Assembly: GCA_025464425.1 (NCBI GenBank)
Contig: JAODGV010000011.1
Location: forward strand, 1-26,030
Direction of reading: 5' to 3'
Origin: Methanosarcinales archaeon
GTDB taxonomy: Archaea > Halobacteriota > Syntropharchaeia > Alkanophagales > Methanospirareceae
Length of the DNA: 26,030 nucleotides
The notes under the pieces were generated by a model that worked only from the letters and a program-made list of their open reading frames with translations, ran no database searches and was not told the DNA's origin. The stretch's first letter is position 1; each line of letters opens with the position of its first letter. Shown piece after piece: positions 17,196-25,057 of the stretch. Position numbers and translations under genes: made by a program.

Positions 17196-17304
17196 TTGCT
17201 TGCTGCGATGGAATATTAGGTGTGAGTATGGTATAGTATAGCATCCATTTAACCTGAAACTTCTCACATGAGTGAGGTGATGGTGGAGTTGAAGCTGGAG
17301 GATA

Positions 17305-17328
17305 TATAAAATCCTTTATAAAATCCTT
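17305..17328. repeat. Perfect 12-bp tandem duplication (TATAAAATCCTT)x2
   Basis: Read directly in the convergent gap between the Hdr-like fusion and leuS. Confidence 0.85.
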
Positions 17329-17349
17329 TTCTCACCGGTAACTTCACGG

Positions 17350-20151
17350 TCATACAACATATATCGCGGGTTTAAGTGGTACTGCCACCTGTCTCTTATT
17401 ACCCGGGTCGTATTCACCATTAATAACGACCTCACACCCGAACACTCGCTCCAGATAGCTGCGTTCACGTGCCAGAATCGCATCCTCATCCAGTTCAGAA
17501 TATTCAATGTTGCTTTTCATCACTCGTTTCACGAACTCCACCGTCGTCTTATCCTTACGCACCTGTATAGCCGCTCTTATCTTATCCTTCGCCGGTACAT
17601 CCTTTATTGCACGCAATATCTCATACTTCCACGGCTCCGCAGTATACACATATATCCTCTCCGGGTGTTCGATTCGTGCCACACGCAATATCTCCTTTAT
17701 ATCCTCCACCAGTGAGACCAGATACTCCTCCTCCCGTTCCTCTCGCTCGTCCATGAGCTCCGTCCTCACCTCCGGCAGCTTCGCACGCGATATGAATCCC
17801 TCGTGCCCCAGTCTGTGCCATATCTCCTCGCATATATGCGGTATTATCGGTGATAGCACTATCAACCACGCATCCATCACGTTCCTCACTATCCTGCGCC
17901 GTCTCGCCACGTTCGTTCGCTGCTCGTAATACCTCACATCATTCACCATCTCAAAGAACATGTTTATACCTGCATCTCTTATCCTGAACGCTCTGAAACG
18001 CTCAATCGATTCCTTTAACCTGCGATAGAACCGGGCAATCAGCCACCGGTCCATATGCATGAATTCCGACTCTTTCAGCGCAGCTTCTTTGATACTATCC
18101 TCAAATAGCGCCACAAGCGCATTGAACTTCCGCCTTAACGCATCCACATCCTCCTCACGCCAGTTGACCACCGCGCCGAAGTCCGCATTTATCGCACAAT
18201 ACAGCCGGTACAGGTCCACACCATAGAGCTCGGAGACCTTTGCCAGCGGTATCACGTTGCCCCTGCTCTTCGACATCTTCTTACCTTCTCGTATCATCAG
18301 TTCGTTCAGTGTGATACCGCCCGGCAACTTATGCTCCGGGAATATCGCTACATGGTGCATCAGGAAGAAGACCAGATGGTTGCTCAGATGCGGCGGTGCC
18401 GTATGTCTGAGATCGTTTGGATACCAGTATTCAAACTCCGCCCTTATCCTCTTCAATAAGTCTTCATTAACGCCCGTATCACGTGCCACCGCCGCAGCAT
18501 CACCTGTGCCCAGGAAGACATAATCAAAGAAAGTTTCAGTCAGACTCTCCACCGGCACTCCTCTCAATAAGTGCGCTATCGTATATAACGCCATATATAT
18601 CGTGGAATCACTCAACGATTCGATTATCCATTCGCGATCATACGGGAACCTGGTACCCAGCCCTCTCTTACGTGCACAGGGACGCAACGCCAGCCAGTCA
18701 ATGATTTCATGCATATATGCCCTGTACTTCTCAGGATAGAATATCATATGCGAGACGAGTTTATGTGCACGGTCTTTCCACCAGCCCGCACGATAATCTA
18801 TGAACCACTGGTCTTCAAGAACCGCTACAATCACCTTCGCACCGCTCCTCGTCACCGCTTTCCTCGAAGTCTCATAAAATACGTCTGCAACGCCCAGAGT
18901 GCGAAGCCAGACCTTCACTTCATCTTTTATATCCGCTATCTTTATACCTGCGAACCTGCCACACCGCTCGTTCAATACACCACGATAGAACTCCGCTTTA
19001 TAAATGGTCTGCGTTGCTTCTTCCAGCCGCTCATCCGTCTGGCTCTCTATGCCCATCTCTTTGCATATATCCGCTGCCGGGAGGTCATAACCCTCTATAT
19101 CTATTATCTTTATCGGCTCGATAGCCAGTCCCTCTCCCTTCCGTTTCAAATCCTCCACCGCAATATAATCATAAGGTGCATGCGCCGGCACCGAGTACAC
19201 CACTCCTGTGCCAACATCCGGGTCAACGAAACTTGCGGGTAAAACCGGCACTTCCCTGCCGGATACTGGCTCCTTCACTCGCTTATTCACGAATTCACTG
19301 CCCGCAATCTCGGCTAAAATCTCTATACCGGCACCTGCTTTCTGGTATCTCAGCTTCTCACTCGCTTCTTTCGATACTATCCATACCTCATCGTTCATCC
19401 TCAATCTCACATACTTCGCATCCGGGCTTATCCACAGGTTCGTCACACCAAATATCGTCTCTGGTCGCAGCGTCGCCGCAATGAGATAACTGCCATCATC
19501 AAGCTCGAACTTTAGCGTTGTATGTTCTATCACCGCCACTTTATCAGTATCACCGCCCTCTATATCATCCTCGCCAACCGCAGAGCCGTCCTCTATTGAA
19601 TACGTTATCGGGTATTTACCCTTCTTTATCACGCCCTTATCATAGAGCTTCTTGAACTGCCATTCCACAAACCGGTTATACAGTGGCTCGGTGGTATTGA
19701 ACCGCCTTCGCCAGTCTATGGAGTAGCCCATCCGGTTGAAGTCTTCCGAAATACGCTCGGCGAAGAAGTTTGCTACCGCTTTTGGGTCTTTAAAACTCTC
19801 TAAAATATCCCCCACTCGCTTTTCTGACTCGTATATCGCTATATAATCCCTGTATCGCTCTATAACCCCCCTATCTCGTTTCGCTATGCTGTCTGCAATC
19901 GCCAGTATAGGCGTGCCGGTGACGTGGAACGCCATGGGGAACAGCACATTGTAACCCTCCAATCGCTTGAACCGCGCTATTATGTCCCCTATGGTGTATG
20001 TTCGCCCGTGACCTATATGGAGTGGTCCCGAAGTATAGGGGTACGGCACGGTGATGAAGAATTTCTTCCCTTCCACGGGTTCTGCATCAAATATCCGCTC
20101 TTCTTGCCATCTCCACTGCCATTTCGCCTCTATTTCCTTATAATCCACCAT
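17350..20151 (-). CDS. leuS: Leucine--tRNA ligase (archaeal/eukaryal type)
   Basis: PYPYTSGPLHIGH, CP1 editing domain TLRPETIFG...GTGVVYSVPAHAPYD, KMSKSRGN and a C-terminal AVPLKPAIYV. Confidence 0.98.
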   Translation of the reverse strand: MVDYKEIEAKWQWRWQEERIFDAEPVEGKKFFITVPYPYTSGPLHIGHGRTYTIGDIIARFKRLEGYNVLFPMAFHVTGTPILAIADSIAKRDRGVIERYRDYIAIYESEKRVGDILESFKDPKAVANFFAERISEDFNRMGYSIDWRRRFNTTEPLYNRFVEWQFKKLYDKGVIKKGKYPITYSIEDGSAVGEDDIEGGDTDKVAVIEHTTLKFELDDGSYLIAATLRPETIFGVTNLWISPDAKYVRLRMNDEVWIVSKEASEKLRYQKAGAGIEILAEIAGSEFVNKRVKEPVSGREVPVLPASFVDPDVGTGVVYSVPAHAPYDYIAVEDLKRKGEGLAIEPIKIIDIEGYDLPAADICKEMGIESQTDERLEEATQTIYKAEFYRGVLNERCGRFAGIKIADIKDEVKVWLRTLGVADVFYETSRKAVTRSGAKVIVAVLEDQWFIDYRAGWWKDRAHKLVSHMIFYPEKYRAYMHEIIDWLALRPCARKRGLGTRFPYDREWIIESLSDSTIYMALYTIAHLLRGVPVESLTETFFDYVFLGTGDAAAVARDTGVNEDLLKRIRAEFEYWYPNDLRHTAPPHLSNHLVFFLMHHVAIFPEHKLPGGITLNELMIREGKKMSKSRGNVIPLAKVSELYGVDLYRLYCAINADFGAVVNWREEDVDALRRKFNALVALFEDSIKEAALKESEFMHMDRWLIARFYRRLKESIERFRAFRIRDAGINMFFEMVNDVRYYEQRTNVARRRRIVRNVMDAWLIVLSPIIPHICEEIWHRLGHEGFISRAKLPEVRTELMDEREEREEEYLVSLVEDIKEILRVARIEHPERIYVYTAEPWKYEILRAIKDVPAKDKIRAAIQVRKDKTTVEFVKRVMKSNIEYSELDEDAILARERSYLERVFGCEVVINGEYDPGNKRQVAVPLKPAIYVV

Positions 20152-20230
20152 TCCCTATTCCTTTCTTTTATAGAATAATAATGGGATATACAGGTTAATA
20201 GAATATCAAGCAAATATAAAACGATCAATC

Positions 20231-20246
20231 TTTTTAATGGTTTAAA
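20231..20246 (+). promoter_or_regulatory. Probable TATA region of the tRNA-iMet transcript
   Basis: TTTTTAATGGTTTAAA, about 15-30 nt upstream of tRNA position 1, within the AT-rich divergent leuS/tRNA gap. Confidence 0.45.
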
Positions 20247-20260
20247 CTTAATAATAAATG

Positions 20261-20335
20261 AGCGGGGTAGGGTAGTTAGGAGATCCCGTCGGGCTCATAA
20301 CCCGGAGATCGATGGTTCGAATCCATCCCCCGCTA
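20261..20335 (+). tRNA. Initiator tRNA-Met (anticodon CAT); no intron, CCA not encoded
   Basis: Acceptor stem AGCGGGG/CCCCGCT with the A1-U72 pair. Anticodon arm TCGGG-CTCATAA-CCCGG with three consecutive G-C pairs; CAT at 20296-20298. T-arm GATGG-TTCGAAT-CCATC. Discriminator A. Confidence 0.98.
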
Positions 20336-20343
20336 TTGTGACG

Positions 20344-21642
20344 ATGATAATCAACTCAGACCTTCACATTCACTCGCTCTATTCCGCAGCCACGTCTCCC
20401 CTGATGGACCTGCCCACACTGGCTGAAGAAGCTGCTAAGAAGGGTATACAACTGCTCGGCACCGGTGATTGCCTCCATCCCGGGTGGCTGAAGCGTATAA
20501 AAGAGCTGGCTCCGGCTGGTGATGGTATATTCGTACATGGCACAACCAGTTTCGTACTCACTGTTGAGGTGGAAGACCTGAGACGGGTACATCATCTGAT
20601 CATACTCCCCTCTATATCGAAGGCAGAGGAGCTGTACGAGACATTCAAGCGCTATTCACAGGATATAGATTCTGATGGTAGACCCACAATAAGACTCACT
20701 GCTGTGGAAATTGCGGAACATGCACGTGATGCCGAAGCGCTCATAGGTCCATGCCATGCCTTCACACCCTGGACCGCATTATATGCATATCATGACTCGC
20801 TCAGGGAGTGCTATGGTGATATGGTTGATTATATAAGCTTTGTCGAGCTGGGTCTGAGTGCGGATACGTCCTATGCCGATCGCATAACAGAGTTGCACAG
20901 GCTCTCTTTCCTCACTAACTCAGATGCACATTCGCCTTACCCTATACGGCTGGCACGGGAGTTCAATCGGTTTGAACTCGCAGATTTGTGTTTTGACGAG
21001 TTGAAAGCTGCGATAGAGCGTAGAAGAGGGCGTAAGCCGGTGCTCAATGTGGGTGTACCACCTGCGGAGGGTAAGTATAACGAGAGTGCCTGTATCAGAT
21101 GCTACCGGCATTATTCACTCACAGATGCGGCTGCACGGCACTGGAGATGTGCATGTGGGGGCATGATAAAGAAGGGTGTACGGGATAGGGTGAATGAGCT
21201 CGCAGATTGCAATACCGGTGTACATCCCCAGCATCGCCCGCCTTATCTGCATCTGATACCCCTGGCTGAGATAATAAGCATGGCGATACATAAGTCAGTG
21301 GGTTCAAAAGCGGTAAAGACGCTATGGGAATCGCTGCTTGCTGAATTCGGCACTGAGGTCAATGTGCTGGTGGACTGCCCCATACACGAACTGAAAGCGG
21401 CAGAGGTAGGGATGGACCCACGTGTGGTGGATGCGATAGAGGCATTCAGAGAGGATAAAATCCATATTGAGCCCGGTGGCGGCGGTAAATATGGCGTCAT
21501 CAGCCTGAATAGCACATGTGGTGAAGATAGGGACAGAGAGGTTGATGCATCTGAACCAGGAGGACGAGGACAACTTTCTCTATATGATATTTTTGATGCA
21601 CGCGTGAACGGTTCAATAAATAATAATGATGTTAAACATTAG
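20344..21642 (+). CDS. endoQ: Endonuclease Q family (TIGR00375-type PHP domain + Zn-binding domain) DNA repair endonuclease
   Basis: SDLHIHSLYSAATS, GTGDCLHPGW, HAFTPW, ELGLSAD, NSDAHSP, CIRC-x15-CAC and GGGGKYG motifs. PIP-like QLSLYDIF near the C-terminus. Start is ATG 20344 (or GTG 20338). Confidence 0.85.
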   Translation: MIINSDLHIHSLYSAATSPLMDLPTLAEEAAKKGIQLLGTGDCLHPGWLKRIKELAPAGDGIFVHGTTSFVLTVEVEDLRRVHHLIILPSISKAEELYETFKRYSQDIDSDGRPTIRLTAVEIAEHARDAEALIGPCHAFTPWTALYAYHDSLRECYGDMVDYISFVELGLSADTSYADRITELHRLSFLTNSDAHSPYPIRLAREFNRFELADLCFDELKAAIERRRGRKPVLNVGVPPAEGKYNESACIRCYRHYSLTDAAARHWRCACGGMIKKGVRDRVNELADCNTGVHPQHRPPYLHLIPLAEIISMAIHKSVGSKAVKTLWESLLAEFGTEVNVLVDCPIHELKAAEVGMDPRVVDAIEAFREDKIHIEPGGGGKYGVISLNSTCGEDRDREVDASEPGGRGQLSLYDIFDARVNGSINNNDVKH

Positions 21643-21666
21643 ACATTAGCATAGCAGAATGCAGAA

Positions 21667-22692
21667 ATGATAGAAGTGGGGATAATAGGGGGTGCAGGCT
21701 ATACCGGTCTGGAACTGCTGAGATTGCTACTTATGCATCCACACGTGGAGATATCAGTGGTGACATCACGGCGATACCGCGGCAGGAGGATAACCGATGT
21801 GAATCCACACTTAGAGCGCTTCACCGAACTCGAATACGAGGATGTAGATACGCGTGAGATAGCAGATAGGTGTGATGTGGTATTCCTCGCAGTACCTCAT
21901 GGCAGTGCAATGGATTATGTGCCTGAGTTACTCCATGCGGGTACACGTGTGATTGACCTCAGTGCAGATTATCGGCTGAGCAGGGCGGAATATGAGCGGA
22001 TATACCGGCGCCGGCATAATGACCCTGAGATGGAGCACAGGAACGCGGTGTATGGACTCACCGAACTGCATCCTGAGGTGGCTGATGCCACTCTCGTTGC
22101 CAACCCTGGATGCTATCCCACAGGTGCTATACTCGCTGTTGCACCGATAGTGAATTCGCGTATGGTGAATCGTGTGGTATTTGATGCGAAGTCAGGCATC
22201 TCAGGTGCGGGTGCAGAACCTTCTGAGAATTCACATTTCCCAAACCTCGCTGAAAATATCATCCCTTATGAAGTGACGACACACAGGCACGTTGCGGAGA
22301 TGAGGAAGGAATTACCGGATGCGAAGGTCTGCTTCACACCCCATGTTATACCTGCTATCCGGGGCATACTCACCACTGCGCATCTCTTCCTCGCAGAAGG
22401 GGCATACTCATACACTGAGTTAGAATCAAGGCTTGAAACGCTATACGAGCAATTCTATAAGGGTAAGAAGTTCGTAAGGCTCATAAAGAGGATACCCAGC
22501 CTTGGTGCAGTCCGTGGCACGAACTTCTGTGATATCTGGTTCGGGGTGGATGAGAATAGCGACCGTGTAGTTGTGATCTCAGCAATAGACAATCTGGTTA
22601 AGGGTGGTTCAGGACAGGCAATCCAGAATATGAACCTCATGTTCGGTCTGGACGAATCGGCAGGGCTGTGGCAGCCCGGGGTGGTTCCATGA
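21667..22692 (+). CDS. argC: N-acetyl-gamma-glutamyl-phosphate reductase
   Basis: IIGGAGYTG, IDLSADYRL, ANPGCYPT (catalytic Cys), SGISGAG, HRHVAEM, RGILTT and IDNLVKGGSGQAIQNMN motifs. Confidence 0.97.
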   Translation: MIEVGIIGGAGYTGLELLRLLLMHPHVEISVVTSRRYRGRRITDVNPHLERFTELEYEDVDTREIADRCDVVFLAVPHGSAMDYVPELLHAGTRVIDLSADYRLSRAEYERIYRRRHNDPEMEHRNAVYGLTELHPEVADATLVANPGCYPTGAILAVAPIVNSRMVNRVVFDAKSGISGAGAEPSENSHFPNLAENIIPYEVTTHRHVAEMRKELPDAKVCFTPHVIPAIRGILTTAHLFLAEGAYSYTELESRLETLYEQFYKGKKFVRLIKRIPSLGAVRGTNFCDIWFGVDENSDRVVVISAIDNLVKGGSGQAIQNMNLMFGLDESAGLWQPGVVP

Positions 22693-22714
22693 GCGGTGTG
22701 ATCGAGATACAGTA

Positions 22715-23143
22715 TTACTTCCATATCATATCCTTATAGTTACTCGCTAACGTCTTACCGCTCGCATCGCAGACCTTTACGTATATCCTTATCATATCTC
22801 CCCTCTTCGGCTTAACCCCCTTCAAGAATCCGATAACAAATTCGTAGGTGCCGTCACCCGTATAGGGAGCTGAAGCCCAGTAGCAACTCATCCGGAGATT
22901 GAGAAACGCAATCGCGTCCACACTCGGGAACGCCGCGGTGCTATGCCCTCTCGGCGCTTTCAATGGATGAACCGTGCTTTGCTCCACTTTTACTATTCTC
23001 ACTACCGGGTTTCCTTCTGTACCTGTTACCACCTCTGCCTTTACTTTTACAACCGGCGCACTCACCATAGAAAAGGAAAAAATCGAAACCGAGGATACGA
23101 GAATCACGGCAATACATACGCCTATGATAACGTTCTTCTTCAT
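22715..23143 (-). CDS. Hypothetical small exported/membrane-anchored protein (142 aa)
   Basis: Start reassigned to ATG 23143, because the longer track ORF runs into the RNase P RNA. MKK plus a hydrophobic stretch (signal/anchor), followed by a beta-strand-like domain. No family recognised. Confidence 0.7.
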   Translation of the reverse strand: MKKNVIIGVCIAVILVSSVSIFSFSMVSAPVVKVKAEVVTGTEGNPVVRIVKVEQSTVHPLKAPRGHSTAAFPSVDAIAFLNLRMSCYWASAPYTGDGTYEFVIGFLKGVKPKRGDMIRIYVKVCDASGKTLASNYKDMIWK

Positions 23144-23164
23144 CGCTCTATTCCTATTCACAGG

Positions 23165-23435
23165 GGAGGAGTGAGGAGAGTAAGCCCCCTTCTGTTTCCG
23201 CAGCATTTATCTATGCGCCCCTTACGGGCTTGCACCCACGAGGCTGGTCGTTCCATCCGCCACCCACACGACCTCATCCTCACGGAATCATCGCATTGGT
23301 GTGGTGCGGTATCGTTTCTATACCAGAGCCAGGACTCTCGCCCTATGCCATCTCGGCATTCGTGTTTTTAATGGTGGGGGGACTTTCCTCAGCCTTCTCT
23401 CGAAGACCGGCAGCTGCCCTTCCTCTCTCCTCCAC
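23165..23435 (-). ncRNA. rnpB: Archaeal RNase P RNA (compact, ~270 nt)
   Basis: Minus strand contains GAGGAAAGUCCCCC and ACAGAAGGGGGCUUA, which form the P4 pseudoknot with bulged U. Long P1 (GGAGGAG-A-GAGGA-AG with CU-C-UCCUC-A-CUCCUCC), P2 GCAGC/GCUGC, P3 GUCUUC-GAGA-GAAGGC, P5 CACC/GGUG, P7 CACGA/UCGUG. Conserved AUAGAAACG, AUGGAACG, GGUGCAAG and GCAUAG segments. Tandem GA (K-turn-like) motif in P12. Confidence 0.95.
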
Positions 23436-23453
23436 TATAATATTGATTCAGGC

Positions 23454-23462
23454 ATAAATAAA
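23454..23462 (-). promoter_or_regulatory. Probable TATA box of rnpB
   Basis: TTTATTTAT on the minus strand, 19-27 nt upstream of the predicted RNA 5' end. Confidence 0.55.
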
Positions 23463-23467
23463 GCATC

Positions 23468-23496
23468 AAAACGGAAAAAGAAAAAGAAAAAGGAAA
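23468..23496 (-). terminator. Oligo-T terminator-like tract downstream of ftsZ
   Basis: Minus strand reads TTTCCTTTTTCTTTTTCTTTTTCCGTTTT just after the ftsZ stop. Confidence 0.55.
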
Positions 23497-23500
23497 TTGA

Positions 23501-24592
23501 TCAGCCGATGATGGGTATGAGACCATCAGCTGTCCTGTTCAATTTCCTGTTGTTCATAGCTGCCTTGCCGTATACACCACCGATCTCCCAGCGCGGTTCC
23601 ACACCTGTAAGTATCGCAGTCACTCTCACACGCCCATCGTACTCATTACTTATACGCGCACCCCATATCACGTTCGCGTCCGGATTCAGATCGTATGTGA
23701 GTAACTCCACGATCTCGTTCACCTCTTTCAGCTGCAGGTCTTCACCACCGGTGATGTGGATAAGTGCGCCATTCGCACCCTTATAGTCAACTTCCAGCAA
23801 TGGATGATCGAGTGCATCAGAGACAACAGCTTCTGGCTTGTTATCCGTCTTCGTCGTCTCTCCTACAAGCATTACTGCAACACCGCCTTCTGACATCACC
23901 GCAGTCAGGTCTGCGAAATCGAGGTTCACGAGCGAGGGTTTCGCTATCGTCTCTGCAATACCCTGAATCGTTGTCGCTATCAGCATGTCCATCACCTTGA
24001 ACGCCTCATTTACTGGCTTATCCCCTGCATGTTTCAGTAGTTTGTCGTTCTCGAGCACGATAACGGTATCTGTTGACTTCCTCAGCTCTTCTATACCCTC
24101 TACCGCCTTTATCCTCCGCCTGCGCTCAGCAGCGAAGGGGAATGATACCATGGCAACGACAATTGCTCCCTCCTCCTTCGCTACCTCCGCGACAACCGGT
24201 GATGCACCTGTACCTGTGCCACCGCCCATGCCCGCAGTCAGGAACACGAAGTTCTTACCCCTGAGCAATGCCCTTATCTCCTCCTTGTCCATCTCCGCAG
24301 CCTTCCTGCCTATATCAGGTGAGCCGCCAGCACCCAGACCACGAGTGAGTGCCTTCCCGATCAGTAGCTTCTTCTCGCATCTTATAGTATCCAGATGCAG
24401 TTTGTCGGTATTTATCGCTATCCTGTCCACACCTTCAAGCCCCCCAAGTATCTCCAGCCGGTTCATGGAGTTGTTACCGCCACCACCGATACCAACGATG
24501 GCGAGCTTTGGCACGCCAAACAATTTGTCTTCCACTACTGCTGCACTCGCTTCGGTTACATATTCCCTCATCTCTTTTCCACCTTCTTCCAT
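23501..24592 (-). CDS. ftsZ: Cell division protein FtsZ (FtsZ2-like paralog)
   Basis: VGIGGGGNNSMNRL, AINTD, GLGAGG, tubulin signature GMGGGTGTG, NLDFADL and IWGARI motifs. The VAMVSFPFAAERRR segment and the absence of adjacent secE/spt5 point to FtsZ2. Alternative start ATG 24571. Confidence 0.96.
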   Translation of the reverse strand: MEEGGKEMREYVTEASAAVVEDKLFGVPKLAIVGIGGGGNNSMNRLEILGGLEGVDRIAINTDKLHLDTIRCEKKLLIGKALTRGLGAGGSPDIGRKAAEMDKEEIRALLRGKNFVFLTAGMGGGTGTGASPVVAEVAKEEGAIVVAMVSFPFAAERRRRIKAVEGIEELRKSTDTVIVLENDKLLKHAGDKPVNEAFKVMDMLIATTIQGIAETIAKPSLVNLDFADLTAVMSEGGVAVMLVGETTKTDNKPEAVVSDALDHPLLEVDYKGANGALIHITGGEDLQLKEVNEIVELLTYDLNPDANVIWGARISNEYDGRVRVTAILTGVEPRWEIGGVYGKAAMNNRKLNRTADGLIPIIG

Positions 24593-24703
24593 TTTTTCAA
24601 CGTTAAATTCTAAAGAAAGAGGGGGTATATAAAACTTCCTATCATGAAAAATCTTTTGCCCCTACCTGCTCCGCTCTTTACACTCACGGTTAAATATTAT
24701 TAC

Positions 24704-25057
24704 ATGGATGCAAGCGAGTATAAACAGTGCATAATCATCAGAGCGGACTTGAAGCTATCAAAAGGTAAGGTTGCGGTGCAGGCTGCTCATGCATCACTCC
24801 TGAGTTATGAACGTGCGGCGCCACGTGATAGAGCGCGATGGACGGCACAGGGGCAGAAGAAGGTGGTGCTCAGGGTGAACAGTCTGAAAGAGCTGTATGA
24901 ACTGAAGGATATGGCTGATAAGCTTAGCTTACCATGCGCAATCGTTGAAGATGCAGGGCTGACTGAAGTTCCGCCCGGAACTGTTACTGCTCTCGGGATA
25001 GGACCCGCGAGTGCAGATAAGATAGATACGATTACAAAGCATCTGAAACTGCTGTGA
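24704..25057 (+). CDS. pth2: Peptidyl-tRNA hydrolase 2
   Basis: YKQCIIIRADLKLSKGKVAVQAAHA, GQKKVVL and DAGLTEVPPGTVTALGIGP motifs. Start reassigned to ATG 24704 (117 aa). Confidence 0.95.
   Translation: MDASEYKQCIIIRADLKLSKGKVAVQAAHASLLSYERAAPRDRARWTAQGQKKVVLRVNSLKELYELKDMADKLSLPCAIVEDAGLTEVPPGTVTALGIGPASADKIDTITKHLKLL

Noticed and set aside
19540-19620. LeuRS segment without the Cys residues of a Zn-knuckle (YSIEDGSAVGEDD)
   Set aside because: HIGH, KMSKS and the CP1 editing motifs are intact. Loss of Zn ligands is ordinary variation and no evidence of an inactive paralog.
20261-20335. tRNA as an integration site for an island or provirus
   Set aside because: I saw no duplicate of the tRNA 3' end and no integrase in the window, and the flanking genes are housekeeping.
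23144-23206. N-terminal extension of the 163-aa track ORF
   Set aside because: It overlaps the RNase P RNA 3' end (P4/P1). The downstream ATG gives a clean signal-peptide start.
23985-24632. 215-aa plus-strand ORF, and similar long ORFs (945-1274, 4824-5168, 5438-5992, 8187-8600, 13740-14210, 15716-16087, 16488-16967, 17507-17929, 18709-19242, 22943-23371, 23301-23786)
   Set aside because: They lie antisense to or out of frame within well-supported genes or rnpB. They are Ser/Pro/Arg-rich shadow translations with no recognisable motifs.
25032-25057. 26-nt convergent 3' overlap of pth2 and pyrC
   Set aside because: Short tail-to-tail overlaps are common in compact archaeal genomes, and both proteins end at normal family lengths.
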